Source: Lytechinus pictus
Lineage: Eukaryota
DNA: 64,000 bases
Assembly (NCBI RefSeq): GCF_037042905.1
Contig: NC_087249.1
Location: forward strand, 10,232,001-10,296,000
Reading direction: 5' to 3'
This document shows positions 26,101 through 37,150 of the stretch, one piece after another; positions within the stretch are counted from its first letter, which is position 1; every line of letters begins with the position of its first letter. The position numbers were made by a program, and so were the translations under genes. The notes below the pieces were generated by a model. The model was not told the origin of the DNA and did no database searches. It saw only the letters and a list, made by a program, of their open reading frames with translations.

Positions 26101-29100
26101 TGGCCTTGAGAGGGCCTTGGCCTTGCCCTTGAGGATTTTGAGCCTTGAAATTTCAAGGCATTTTCAAGGCTTTTTCAAGGCATTCTGTATTTTGTACTTT
26201 TATTTGCTTTTATAAAAGTAATTATAAATGTTTCAATTGTTCTGTATATCTAATGACACAAATGGTCAATACTACCAGTCAGCAATAGCAGTAGCAGCAG
26301 TATAGTAGTAAATGTACTACATGTAGCAGAGCCATCAATTGTAATTATCACCATTATCAAGAATTATCATCACATAATCATGTAGCAAGAGAAGTGATGA
26401 AAAATAACATTATTTATTGGTAATATCATGACTAATAATGATAATGACAATATCAATAATAATGATAATAATGATTATGATAAAGATTATAGTGATTTTA
26501 TGGCAGGAATAATTCTGACTGCAATTTTGACAACAATTTTCATACTTTAAAAATAGCTAACTCTAAAGAATGATAACAAGGTTGATTTCTATTCCATTAT
26601 GGTTTTCCTTGTATTATTTTCTTTGACCAACAAGAATGTTAAAAGTCTTAATGATATTCTGAAAAAATTTGGTAAACTTGAACACAATCTTCAATTTTGT
26701 CATTTCCGAATGGGCTATGTCAATGGCATGATGAGCCAAAATTTTTGAGAGGCTAAGCATGGCATATAGAGCAAAATTTCTGCCCCCAAAAAGTTGAAAG
26801 CGATTGAAGCGAGCACAATTTTTCACCCTTTTATTATTAAAAAAGCTAATTTTGTGATATATTGTGACAATATGTTCAGAAAATGATATCACATTTAAAT
26901 CCTTTCCTTTTATAAGTTTATTCTTGGTGGTGGAACTTCTTGTCTCGCTCTTTTTTTTTTCTGGGAGGGGGGGGGGTCCTGATATTTATTAAACAGGCGA
27001 GAAAGAGCAATGGGAAGAGAGATAGAGAGGAGAAAGGGGAGGCTGGTTAGGCAGAATATACTGCAAAATCAGTTGATATGTTGATTGGCAGTGCATTTAA
27101 TTGAATTGTATATATTTCGTTTTGGGTCTAGTGTCTCAAATTGACAAAACAAAGTAAAAAAAAAAGCTACTTAGTTTTAATCATATGGTTTGACAGTGAA
27201 TTTAATTTCACTAGTTTCAAGGAAATAAACAAACAAAACTGACAAGAGTCCTAAAAATGACTCATTTTCAGGTCAGCATTTGACAATTTCTCTTCCCACC
27301 CCCCCCCCCAGAAAAATTATCTGTATGAAAAAAATGCCTGTTTTCCAAAATCGGAAATGCCCTTTTTTCCAAATTAAATATGCCCTTTTAAAAAAAGAAA
27401 TACCTTTTTTATAGTAAAACATAATACATTTTAGTTCCAAAATCATCAAATTTTGAATCGCGCACGCATAAATTATTGTTAAGTATAAAGGTTCTCATTT
27501 TGTTCCCATGCACAAAAAAAAATGCTTAGAATGTCCATTTTTCAGGTTGGAATTATCAATATCACAAATTTTGGAGCTTGCGCTTTGCGCTCGCATCATT
27601 AATTGGTGAATTATGTATCCTATTTATGAGTCACTGAATGCAGTCAAGAACAGCTTCCTTTCTGGTCAGTAAAAATTTCAGCTCGCGCTTAATTCTTTAG
27701 TAAGATGCACATCTTTTTCATGATTACAAAAACAGCTCGGAATATTTAATTTTCATTTCTTATTACACGAAATGTCCAGAAGTTTGAGCTTGTGATTTGT
27801 GCTGGCAACATCTCACAAGGCTGCGCTTTTAACAGTAATTAGCGCCATAATTGACCAAAAATCGAGTTTTACAACTTCAGAATTGATTTTTTTTCAAAAC
27901 CGCTTGCTCGCTACGCTTTCTTGCAGAAAAGTAAAGCCTAAGTCAAAATATCTGTCCTATCAATTAGAAATCACTTAAAAAAGGCTTTGCTGAACTAAAA
28001 TTCTACAAAACACACAACTTCTTAATGCAGTTGATAATCTCATTTGAAAATATCTGTTTGCACCAAAATGCTATTTTTTTAGCTTTGACCCCCCCCCCCC
28101 CCCACAAACAAAAATATGTTCTGCCTCCCCTGTCTCAGGGAGTAGAAAAAGACATATGTTGAGATTGGGCATGCCAGGATCAGATCACCTTGGTAATAAT
28201 AATTATTGCAATGTAAATCGCCTAGAAAAATAATGTATTAAATAAACAAAGGTAACTATATTATTATTTTAATAATATGTCTAAATCTATCATGAAATTA
28301 TTTTCATTTATGTACAAGGGTTAAAATTTTCGCTCGCTCACACCTTTTATACACGTTGTCTTGTGTGTCATGTCTGCCGCCTAAGAATTGTTGTCTCATT
28401 GTTCCATATATTGAAAGTTTGAAAATGCCTTGGCCTTGGCCTTGGCCTTGAGGTTTCCAGGCCTTGGCCTTGGCCTTGGGTTTCCATGGCTTGGCCTCGG
28501 CCTTGGGTATTGAAGCCTTGGCCTTGGGTATTAAAGCCTTGGCCTTGGGTATTAAAGCCTTGGCCTTGGCCTTGGAGGTTTGAGCCTTGACTACAACACT
28601 GGACAATAAAATATCGCTGTACTTGTTTAGGGGTTCATTTCAGGGAATACTTGCCAAGAGTATCTTTTTGTTATAATACTTGTTAAGGGGTGCATTTTCA
28701 GAATATGGAAAATACATCGCTGTACTTGTTTAGGGGCTCAGTTCTGGGAATACTTGCCAAGTATTTGTTTCCAATACTTGTTAAGGGTAGGGTTTCACAC
28801 ACCAATACTTGTTAAGGGGTGCATTTCAGAATATGGAAAATACGTGTTTAGGGTGTTTTTCAAGACCCCGTGGTCGCGCATGGTATCCACTTGTCAATGG
28901 AAGTGGCCCCTCCGGGAAAAAAGTACTACAATTTTGTTATCATTAATATTGACTCTTGCTGTATTTTGAAATCTTTTCTAATTTGGTCTGCATTCCATAT
29001 GAAACTGTTATAAATTTGTTGGATTAAATGCTCCCAAAATAAGGGCCAGATTGCACAAGAGAGCATCTAGGACCCGACCGCAAGGGTCTTTGCGCTTTGC

Positions 29101-31900
29101 GCACATTTTTTTCTAAGTATCCACTTCACCCTGGCCCTTTCAGTTTACTTGGAGTCTCATCTGGCCCTTCAAAGAAAAAGTTTGAGAACCCCTGGTAAAT
29201 GTTTACCGAACACGAAAATTAGTGCTGTAGCCGAACTGCCGAACCGAACGGAAGTTCGCCGAACTTGGCACTTCCGAACCGGACCGAACCGAACCGAACG
29301 CAAAGGACTGGTTCGGTAGTTTGGTAAAAAAAAAAAAAAAAAAAAAAAAAAATTGTTAATTTACAATGCATATGTCCGATGACTACATAGATTTAAGTAT
29401 AAATTTTAAAAAAAATTATTGGTTAGTGATTGTGCACACAAAAATTCCACTCAATATATTTTTAAAATCCACTATGATAGCTCCCATCTCGTCTTTGATT
29501 GAACTGTCCTGAACTTAAGAATATTTTATTAACATGAATATATTTTTTCTTGATAAAATGAGGGGACATTTTGAAGCTAAACTCGGTATAAAAGTGTGGT
29601 GTAATTACGTATTGCCGTAATCGATCGTGATCGTAACCGGACCTAATCATTTTGTATTTAATAAAGAAAAAGAACAAGACATAAATTCATTCCTCGTAAA
29701 TGACAAAGTATGACAGCTTCGGTCTCGTGTTTAATTAAATTTTTATCCTTTTCATTTTTTTTTTATAAACATGAATTTATTTTTTCTTCATAAAATGTGG
29801 GGACATTTTAAGCTTAACTCAGTTAAAAAGTGTAGTTGAATTACGTAATGTTGTAATCGGAGGTACATTTAATTGTTTTGTGTTTAAAAAAGAAAAAGAC
29901 AAGACATAAATTAATTCCTTGTGACTGACAAAGTAATGGTAAAGTATATATATTCTGAAATTTCCATATTAATATGAAATATAAATAAATAAGAGATGAA
30001 GGAATGAGGTTGAAAAAACAGAAAAGATAAAAATTCAAACCAAATGAACGCATGTTCCATGATCGATGTTCCGGAAATGGTTGGTAAGGAAAGTTGAAAC
30101 AGGACATCCAAACCGTGACAACCTGCTCTCAGTTGCTATTATACAGGTAAAATTCGTATTCCGAACTTGAAACGTTTTTCCCTTGTCAATATTTTCTAAA
30201 AAGTGGTTTAATCTGGTCAATTACTGAAAATGAAATGATAAATTATCAGTTCCGTCTTAGTTCTGACGATCAACGCCGAGTGATTTCACACTAAAATACA
30301 CAGTACAGTCCCATGTACTCATTTTCGTGTTGGAAATATGTTTGAAGTCACGTAGCGTCGATCTTTCTGGACCAAGAATGGACTGATATTTTATCTTTTT
30401 TACAGTAATTGATTGACCAGATTTAACCACTTTTCAGAAAATAGGGACTTTCTAAAACATTTCATATTCTTTGGAATGTGAATTTTACCAGTATAATAAC
30501 AAGATATCGCTCAATTTTTTCAGCACTATTTCTGTAAATAGTATTTTTTCCATTGCGGATTGCACACCTTTTTCTATGTTTTAATTACTATTACAAATTC
30601 CACTTGGACATGTTTGTAGCAATTTTCATTCTTGTCTTCGGTTACTCATCATGCAACTGAGGAATGTTTATACTCTAAACAGTAACATTTGTATTTCTTG
30701 CGTTATATCTGACAAAATAAAATAAATAAATTAGATTTTTCACACGCAGCCTCTCATATTTTCCTTTTTAGTATCATACAATCACACACTGTTGACTTTA
30801 TTTACTCCATTCAAACCCTATTTTTACCTCAACAAATAACGCATTACCGCATAATTTGCACAATTATCATTATGTATAAGTATTCTATAACAATACAGAA
30901 TATTAGTTAATAAATTGTCGAAATTACTTAGTTGAATCAATTTTTATGTCGCACAAGGGTCTCTTTCATTGAAATATCAATGAAAGGTGTCTCTAAAAGG
31001 ACACCGTGTTCTAAATAAGGGAAATAATGAAAATTTCGATTTTATCCAGTTATGTTTGTGAATCTTTAAAGTTTTTTTCTCTTTTTACCTCATAAAGTAA
31101 GCTCCATACCGTACATCAATTCTACAATCAGTAATGAATAAAACATTATTTGATCTCCTTTTATTGAAATATATGATTTTATGAAAAGTCATCATTCCGA
31201 AATAAAGGTTCAGGTGACGATGAAGACTAAATATTTTTCCGATACTATCGATATCAAACGATTTCGCGGACTTGGAAGACAAAATTGCCTTCGTGAAATG
31301 GAAAGCACTGATTTGTCCCCAATCTTCCTATCTCGGAAGAATGGTCCTAGGACGTTCCTACGCATCGCTCATCTCGTCATGCAACAGGCCCTAGATTCCC
31401 CACACCACAGGCAGGATGGTAATGAACCCTGGAGTGGCACCAACCCAAATGTTGTGTCTGGACAATCGATTTTAATTACAGCCATTTGCCGCATTTGAAA
31501 AAAGTTAACATAAAACTAAAAGTTAAAACGAGCAGAGTTTCATCTCGAAATTGTTAGTGCAGTCTTTAGGCATACCGGCAATACAAAACTGAACAAAACT
31601 TAATAAAGTTACAACTACTGTCTACTGAATTCATAATTTTGGTGCAATGCAAAGATAAGAAAGAAGCTTTCAAAAATGTTTAATTAAACTGTTACCCGAC
31701 CCCCCGTCCAAAGCTAACGACAACGTTAAAAAAAAATTGAAACAGGTGAAAAAAAAATCAACAGACATTAGATTTAGGCCAAAATTAAATTGATTCAAAC
31801 GACCGTCAGCAGGTCAGTGACTGACGTGACGTCCGTACATTTGCATTTAATTTAAATAACTTACTGGGATAGAGAGATGTAAATCGTCATTGGTATCCAT
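5562..31900 (-). CDS. Spliced gene: putative E3 ubiquitin ligase, RING-HC + helical region + ubiquitin-like region + C-terminal UBR-box-like zinc finger (457 aa, or 431 aa with alternative last exon)
   Basis: Exons 31900-31865, 21742-21621, 20762-20557, 18866-18780, 17541-17404, 16357-16276, 13639-13529, 12368-12270, 8982-8794, 7969-7881, 6429-6351, 5697-5562 join via GT-AG introns into one 1374-nt open frame. RING: CPIC..CGHRYCEGC..RCPCC. C-terminus: CFT..YFTCKDC..WVCRSCRDHCHKDH..ACCYC. Confidence 0.85.
6151..6314 (+). mobile_element. SINE with 7SL-like head and (CA)n tail, slightly 5'-truncated
   Basis: GGCATGCGCCTGTAATCCAAGCTAC...TTCGAACCC...(AC)n; flanking direct repeat ACACACTTCATGGCAT at 6135-6150 and 6315-6330. 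Confidence 0.8.
6351..6429 (-). CDS. RING gene exon 11 (UBR-box-like)
   Basis: ttaaag|WVCRSCRDHCHKDHETTPYVMGHQPT|gtaaga. Confidence 0.88.
6774..7084. mobile_element. MITE with TIR GGCCGGTATTCTGAAGTCGGG
   Basis: Inverted termini visible at both ends. Confidence 0.7.
7881..7969 (-). CDS. RING gene exon 10 (UBR-box-like, first part)
   Basis: aacag|SELPRPCFTALFEEGEEKMDYFTCKDCSFN|gtaagt. Confidence 0.88.
8040..8470 (+). mobile_element. Decayed Penelope-like retroelement fragment (GIY-YIG endonuclease region)
   Basis: Conceptual translation with a frameshift and a stop: TLRKLLVHVKD..NVVDGIRC...C.DAYIGHT...HLNATGH...EAIWERVENPSLN. Confidence 0.8.
8794..8982 (-). CDS. RING gene exon 9 (end of ubiquitin-like region)
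   Basis: tttcag|RPYGKEHIVVDEALIF...ESIPVLEYGIQPGCDIVIFGEVKLR|gtaatg; within ORF 8790..9077. Confidence 0.87.
9010..9190. repeat. (CAT)n microsatellite
   Basis: Direct; similar tracts at 11282-11388 and (GAT)n at 16960-17215. Confidence 0.95.
9389..11221. mobile_element. Non-autonomous hAT-type transposon inserted in a tRNA-SINE
   Basis: TIR TAGTGCTG...CAGCACTA; perfect 8-bp TSD CCTTGAGC (9381-9388, 11222-11229); subterminal (GGTTC)n repeats; host SINE at about 9198-9388 continues at 11230. Confidence 0.9.
12270..12368 (-). CDS. RING gene exon 8
   Basis: ttgcag|SMSQIKEMLFLRIRERQDRVAVYREPNVHYLLI|gtcagt, phase 2-2. Confidence 0.8.
12960..13405 (+). mobile_element. Degenerate RTE-like LINE 3' end with (GTGTA)n tail
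   Basis: ESILLYG..ETW...ISWTDRKTKHEIY...MRFAGHCFR; stops and frameshifts present. Confidence 0.75.
13529..13639 (-). CDS. RING gene exon 7 (start of ubiquitin-like region)
   Basis: tgcag|RYLKEHLPTLSTIPVTVFFRLFGKDIVVGELVLQPHS|gtgaga, phase 2-2. Confidence 0.85.
13694..14083. mobile_element. Foldback/TIR element built of short TAGACCAA-type subrepeats
   Basis: Left arm AATTGCCAACTCGTCTAC is mirrored by right arm GTGGACGAATTGGCAATT. Confidence 0.65.
15691..16030. mobile_element. MITE with TIR ATAGAGTACCGAAGTGTGAC
   Basis: Inverted termini; related copy at about 22778-23018. Confidence 0.7.
16276..16357 (-). CDS. RING gene exon 6
   Basis: tatag|RKSWIQKKCTLSSEFQKCTKLLATTYD|gtcagt, phase 1-2. 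Confidence 0.85.
16660..17215 (+). mobile_element. RTE-like LINE 3' remnant ending in an expanded (GAT)n tail
   Basis: TERAMERKMCGAKISDRK...GRPKIWKDVV followed directly by (GAT)n. Confidence 0.6.
17404..17541 (-). CDS. RING gene exon 5
   Basis: ttcag|KYIRVGIVEHERYYRNLKGQFQKHFDHAVEQIDILKGKDDEASEAE|gtaaga, phase 1-1. Confidence 0.87.
18780..18866 (-). CDS. RING gene exon 4
   Basis: ttctcccag|DEAEPGTSNEAEKKLAKSAELSPVERILH|gtgagc, phase 1-1. Confidence 0.85.
19145..19510 (+). mobile_element. tRNA-derived SINE
   Basis: A-box TGGTCTAGTGG, B-box GGTTCGATTCC; body shared with the copies at 9198 and 62702. Confidence 0.8.
19724..20373. mobile_element. Composite palindromic MITE: outer MITE carrying two inverted copies of a second MITE (19759-19979, 20133-20339)
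   Basis: Outer TIR GTGTTTCACAAAGAG...CTCTTTGTGAAACAC; inner copies at mirror-image TTA/TAA sites. Confidence 0.75.
20557..20762 (-). CDS. RING gene exon 3 (RING C-part and linker)
   Basis: ctttcag|KRRCPCCNAPVRIADLIRDTGFDALIQIV...STTP|gtgggt; overlaps ORF 20519..20791. Confidence 0.88.
21621..21742 (-). CDS. RING gene exon 2 (RING-HC N-part)
   Basis: cag|LDPLKDSFSCPICMCLFHMTTLTLCGHRYCEGCILEWIDR|gtgagt. Confidence 0.92.
21852..22251. mobile_element. TIR element nested in a MITE (about 21835-22430)
   Basis: GGTGGATTCACAATATGGTG...CACCATACTGTGTATCCACC. Confidence 0.7.
23366..24626 (+). mobile_element. Helentron-associated (HINE/DINE-like) element(s) with an internal ~150-157 bp tandem array, inside a TTAA-flanked MITE (22659-24736)
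   Basis: AACTAGAG start; about 4.5 tandem units (CATCTACCATCCAAGT near 23523, 23671, 23827, 23984, 24135); (GACG)n; 3' hairpin GTCTCGCC..GGCGAGAC plus A-run; second hairpin tail GTATCCCCCGAAC..GTTCGGGGGATAC. Confidence 0.7.
24943..29194. mobile_element. hAT/Charlie-type element containing nested TIR elements (25676-28916; 26012-28601)
   Basis: TIRs CAGGGGTTCTCAAACT/AGTTTGAGAACCCCTG; CCCGG..GGATACCATGCGCGACCA and its reverse complement; CAGTGTTGTAGT/ACTACAACACTG with (GGCCTT)n subterminal repeats. Confidence 0.8.
29220..29325. mobile_element. Solo end of the TAGTGCTG hAT family
   Basis: Reverse complement of 11115-11221; partner end not found. Confidence 0.7.
30135..30500. mobile_element. 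Foldback MITE
   Basis: TTATACAGGTAAAATTCG...CTGGTCAATTACTG mirrored at 30400-30500. Confidence 0.6.
31865..31900 (-). CDS. RING gene coding exon 1 (MDTNDDLHLSIP)
   Basis: ATG followed by CCA|gtaagt donor, phase 0, matching the phase-0 RING exon about 10 kb downstream. Confidence 0.7.
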
Positions 31901-33307
31901 GAAAAACTTGTCACTTTGTTCAACAGATCAGAAGGAATACCGGTAGTGCAATCAAACTCCGGGATCAAATACTTTTGAGTCTATGATTACAAATCTAGCT
32001 GGCCTGCGCCTGGCGATGTTGTTGATGTCTGGGTTCGGTTCGGTTCCGTATGTATGATTACGCAATACGACAGTCGTTTATTTTTCCTACCCCATCTTGA
32101 GGCAAGTTCCGGCTCCATAAGGGATCGGTTGTGCTCAGCTCGCTCGGCGCTTGCCAAGGGGGGGGGGGGCAGTGGCGTAGCTACGGGGGGGGCCTGGGGG
32201 GCACGTACCCCCCCCTGAGATTTGGTGTGCCCCCCCCCCCCCAGGTGCCCCCCTGAAAAAAAAAATGGCAGAGCAAAAAAAACGGAGAAAGAATTAAGAA
32301 AAGGAAAAGAAGGAGAAAGACAGGAGGAATTAAGACGAGTGAATAAAATAATGTGAGGGGAAGACTTGCAAAAAAAATATTTCATGTTACAGCTATATAA
32401 ATTTTTGCTTGCACTTCGCGCCAGAATTGCCTAGCTGTTCGATTATCTTGCTCAATAGGTTGACATGGAGCAAGTTTTGAAGTCAATATACAAAACATAT
32501 TTTAGCTCGGACATCGAGCTTTCATTATTTTTTTTCATTTACAAATTTAAGTACTCTGTAAAATGTCCGTTTTATGGTCTACATATTATCAACATTTCAA
32601 GCACATGCTGCGTGGTCACATTGTTTGATTTGCCAAGTTCCTATTGTCTTATTGTATTCCCTAAAATTCCATTAAACAAATTTATGTATTCAAAATGCCC
32701 ACATTCTAGGTCTAAATCTAAAACATGCGCGATAGCCTGCATGTTCTTTATTTAAAATGTACTTAAATTATCCAGTTTCAGACCAGAATATCAATAATTG
32801 TCTGATCACGCTTCACGATTGCATTATTAATGATACCCAATCCTATGCATGATTTACAAAATATGAATAGCGTGTCACGCTTTTAGGTCTAAAATCTCAA
32901 TTTTCTTCCTCTCGCGCTCGCATATCCCATTTATGAATACAAAAAGTGCTTAGATTACGGGTTGGAATGTCAAAAAAAAATTGCTCGCGCTTCGCGCTCC
33001 CATTATTGAAATGTATACCCCGGGATCTGTACATTTTAAAAATCTTTTAAAACAATGTTTATTATGCAACGGTGCTAGTCGATCCACTCACGTATAACAA
33101 AGGAGAAAGAGAATCATATTAATCGTGCTCCTATCATATCATTATTAACAGGAACTTGCAGAAAAAGGAAAATAATAATGTTTTAACTGTTTCCCGACAG
33201 TGAATAATGACCCTAGCTAGCATCTAATAAATTTTCTGATAGTGGGTGTAAGAAGGCCTGGTGGGTGGTGTTCCATAAAGCTGTTCGTAAGTTAAGAGCG
33301 AATTTAA

Positions 33308-33891
33308 AGGGATGGTCCGGGCTGAAAGTATTTATAGCTTGATAAATAGAGTAGAATTCACTGAGCAAAATGCCAAAATTTCATCAAAATCGGATAACAA
33401 ATAACAAAGTTATTGAATTTTAAAGTATAGCAATATTTTGTATAAACAGTCGGCATGAATATTCATTAGGTGGGCTGATGATGTCACATCCCCACTTGTT
33501 CTTTTGTATTTTATTATATGAAATTAGGTTTATTCATATTTTTTCCTCCAAGAACTAGCTAGAAAAATTGGATTGACAACTGATTTAGTGCATTAAATAT
33601 TTATTGCTGCAACTTATTTCATTCTTAGGGAGACATTTTATTCACACCATATGAAATAATGAAAAAAATATGATTTTATGTAATAACATAAGAAAACGGA
33701 ATGTGGAGATGTGACATCATCAGCCCACCTAATGAATAATCATGACGACTGTTTTCACAAAATATTGCTAAACTTTAAACTTCAATAACTTTATTATTTG
33801 TTGTCCGATTTTGATGAAATTTTCGGCACCTTGCTGAGTGAATTCTACTCTATGTATTAAGATATATATATTTTCAGCCCGGACCATCCCT
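33308..33891. mobile_element. Kolobok-like MITE (TTAA TSD) nested in a Harbinger-like MITE
   Basis: ttaa|AGGGATGGTCCGGGCTGAAA...TTTCAGCCCGGACCATCCCT|ttaa; long internal inverted arms. Confidence 0.88.
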
Positions 33892-35999
33892 TTAAGAACG
33901 ACTGGTGATCATTTCTTGTGGTAAATGGTATATACCTAAATGTCCATTGGCGATGGTTTAGCACGTGAGAAGGGATCACCAGTCGTTCTTTAAGTCGTTC
34001 GCAGTAATCATCTTGTTCAGGATCACACATTATGTATTGCCCAAAATATTAAATCTTCAGGCGGACAAAATACATGAAAGTTTTTAAGAAAATCACTCGC
34101 GCTTCGTGCTCGCACTTTTTATAAGGCTTAGTAGATTATTTAATGTTTTTGTTGTTAACAAAATGCAAAAGCACCTCAATGAGAAGCTCGGTCGCTTCAC
34201 TTCCTCGCTTTTAAGTTTTTTTCAAAAAGTTTACGCATGCTGCCCCCGCCCCCCAGTGGCGTAGCTAGGATTTTTTTCCTGGGGGGGGGGGCACTGGGGT
34301 GTCCTTGCTTTTTCTGGGGGGTAACATTTTTTCCGGTGTGTACGTATGTGTCACAAGGGCGGATCCGACTTTCGCCAATAGGGGATGGGGCCCAAAATTA
34401 TCTTCACCTATATTTTCCCCATCAGTCACTTCTTAGTTTTATTCTTATAAAACAACATAAACATGAAATAATCTCATGAGCCTTATAAAAAGTGCGAGCG
34501 CAAAGCGCACGCGATTAAAAAAAAAAACTTTCATGTATTTTGTCCTGAAAATTTAACATTTTGGGCAATGTAATGTGTGATCCTGAACAAGATGCGTATG
34601 TAACTAGATGATTACTGCGAACGCCAAGCGCAAGCAGAAATTTTCAATAACTGTTCTAGCATGCATTATCGAAAAGGGACCTGTTAAGGACTGCTTACAG
34701 TTACCCAAGAAGACGGTATATATTTCAATATGGGAGCGCGAAGCGCGAGCATTTTTTTTTTTTGACATTCCGACCTAAAAATGGTCATTCTAAGCACTTT
34801 TTGTATTTATAAATGGGATAGTTATGTAACTTAACAATTGAAGCGAGCGCGAAGCGCGAGAGGAAGAAAATTGAGATTTTAGACCTAAAAGCGGGACACG
34901 CTATTCATATTTTGTAAATCATGAATAGGATTGGGTATCATTAATAATGCGATCGTGAAGTGTGATCAGACAATTATTGATATTCTGATCTGAAACAGGA
35001 TAATTTACGCTCGCCCTTTCAGGCTGGTAATTTGCTTCCAAAACTAGCAGCAGTGCGCTTCGCGCGCTGAATTCCCACCTCACGAGCCAGGCAGAGTCTG
35101 CATAGCAGTGTGATCAGACAATTATTGATATATAATATATATAGACGCTCATCGGGCACAAAAAGAACGTTTCTTTTTTTCTTGCCAATGTACTACGGCA
35201 TAAAACGGATCCTTCTCAGGTGAAAGGGGCAAATGACATGTTCGTGAGGGGCACTTTTCTTGGGTAAATAGGAAGGGGCACTGCTATTGGGGAAAGGGCA
35301 CTTACAAGAAGGCAAGGGACGAGCACTTGGTCAGACATGCATGAAACGGGTCCTAATTCTCAGGTGAAAAGGGTACAGAACACGATACGTTCATGAGGGT
35401 GATTTTTGGGGGGTAAAATTTGGCACTTAGAAGGGCACTTGGTAATACAGTAAAACGGGTCCTCTTCCGATGAAAGGGGCACAGTACACGTTCGGGAAAG
35501 GGCATTTTTCTTGCGTAAAAAAGGGCAATTTTTTCAGTGCTTCGAAAAGTGCCGGGGCACTGTGCCCCCCCCCCCCCCCCAGGATCGCCGCCCTGGTTAA
35601 AATATATTACATATTTTCTCAAACTATACTGCAAATAAAGAAGGAGTTGATGTTTCCACACACTATATTGGTACATAACTTTATACAGAATCAGTGTACA
35701 GGTCCCAAAATAATTCCGAAATTCATATTTTCTATTTTCCCTTCAACTGCATGGCGTACAGATGGGGGGAGGCATGGGCGGAAATCTCTCCTTAAAGGTA
35801 GGGGGGGGACACAATTGAGTTTTCCGTTTTTATGTTCTACAGAGTTAATAACTCAAACACACACACACACACCCTCATACTTACACACCCTCCCTCACAC
35901 ACACACACAACCTCGCACGCACACACACACACACGCATATATATATATATACATATTTCGAAGAGGGTATCCTAACTAAAGATGAAAGGCCTCAATCAA

Positions 36000-37150
36000 T
36001 AATGCGAGGCGCGAGCCCAAATATGTTGATATTTCGTAAATTGTGACCTGGAAATTGATTCGAACCTACACTATTAATGCTAGCGCGAAGCGCGAGCTGA
36101 AAGTTTTTAATTTTCCAACATAAATCCTGGACATTCATAGCACTTTAAAAAGAATATGAACAGGATAGGAATCTAACAATTAATGCTAGCGTGCTGCGCG
36201 AGCTGAAAGTTTTTTTTATTTTCCAACCTAAAAACTGGACATTCTTAGCACTTAATAATGAACGGAATAGGAATCTAAACAATGAATGCGAGCGCGAAGC
36301 ACGAGCTGAAAGGTTGTGATTTTCCAACTTAAAAACTGGAAATTCATAACACCTTAAAATGAATATGAACAGGATAGGAATCTAATCAATTAATGTGAGC
36401 GCGAAGCGCGAGCTGAAAGTTTTTGATTTTCCAACCTAAAAACCGGACATTCGTAACACTTTTTCAAATCATGAACAGGATAGGAATTTAATTAAATAAT
36501 AGATGCGAGCGCGAGCTGAAAATTTTTGATTTTCCAACCTAAATCCTGGACATTCATAGAACTTAAAAAAAAATATGAACAGGATAGGAGTCTATACAAT
36601 TAATGCGAGCGTGAAGCGCGAGCTGAAAGTTTTTGATTTTCCAACCTAAAAACTAAACATTCTTAGCACTTGATAATGAACGGAATAGGAATCTAAACAA
36701 TGAATGCGAGCGCGAAGCGCGAGCTGAAAGTTTTTGATTTTCCAACCTAAAAACTGGACATTCATAGCATCTTAAAAATAATATAAACAGGATAGGAATC
36801 TAATTAATTAATGTGAGCGCGAAGCGCGAGCTGAAAGTTTTTGATTCTCCAATCTAAAAACTGGACATTTTTAATGAGTTTTTCAAATCATGAGCAGGTT
36901 AGGAATTTAATTAAATAATAGATGCGAGCGCGAGCTGAAAATTTTTTATTTCCAACCTAAATACTGGACATTCATAGCACTTTAAAAAGAGCATGAAAAG
37001 GTTAGGAATCTAAACATCTAATGCGAGCGTGAAGCGCGAGATGAAAGTTTTTTATTTTCCAACCAAAAAAGTCATCTTCTTTTCACCTTATGGCAATAAA
37101 CAGGATAGTATCTGACTCAACCATATTACAGATGCAAGCGCGAAATGAAT
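36000..37150 (+). repeat. Tandem satellite, ~100-110 bp monomers (GCGAGCGCGAAGCGCGAGCTGAAA...) with a ~419-bp 4-mer higher order
   Basis: About 10 monomers; diagnostic variants recur at 36288/36706 and 36504/36923. Confidence 0.85.

Noticed and set aside
28304..28606. KAKA-repeat ORF resembling a histone H1-like tail
   Set aside because: Arises from (GGCCTT)n subterminal repeats of a hAT-like element.
31181..31498. 105-aa plus-strand ORF in intron 1 of the RING gene
   Set aside because: No recognisable motif or supporting splice structure; treated as a chance ORF.
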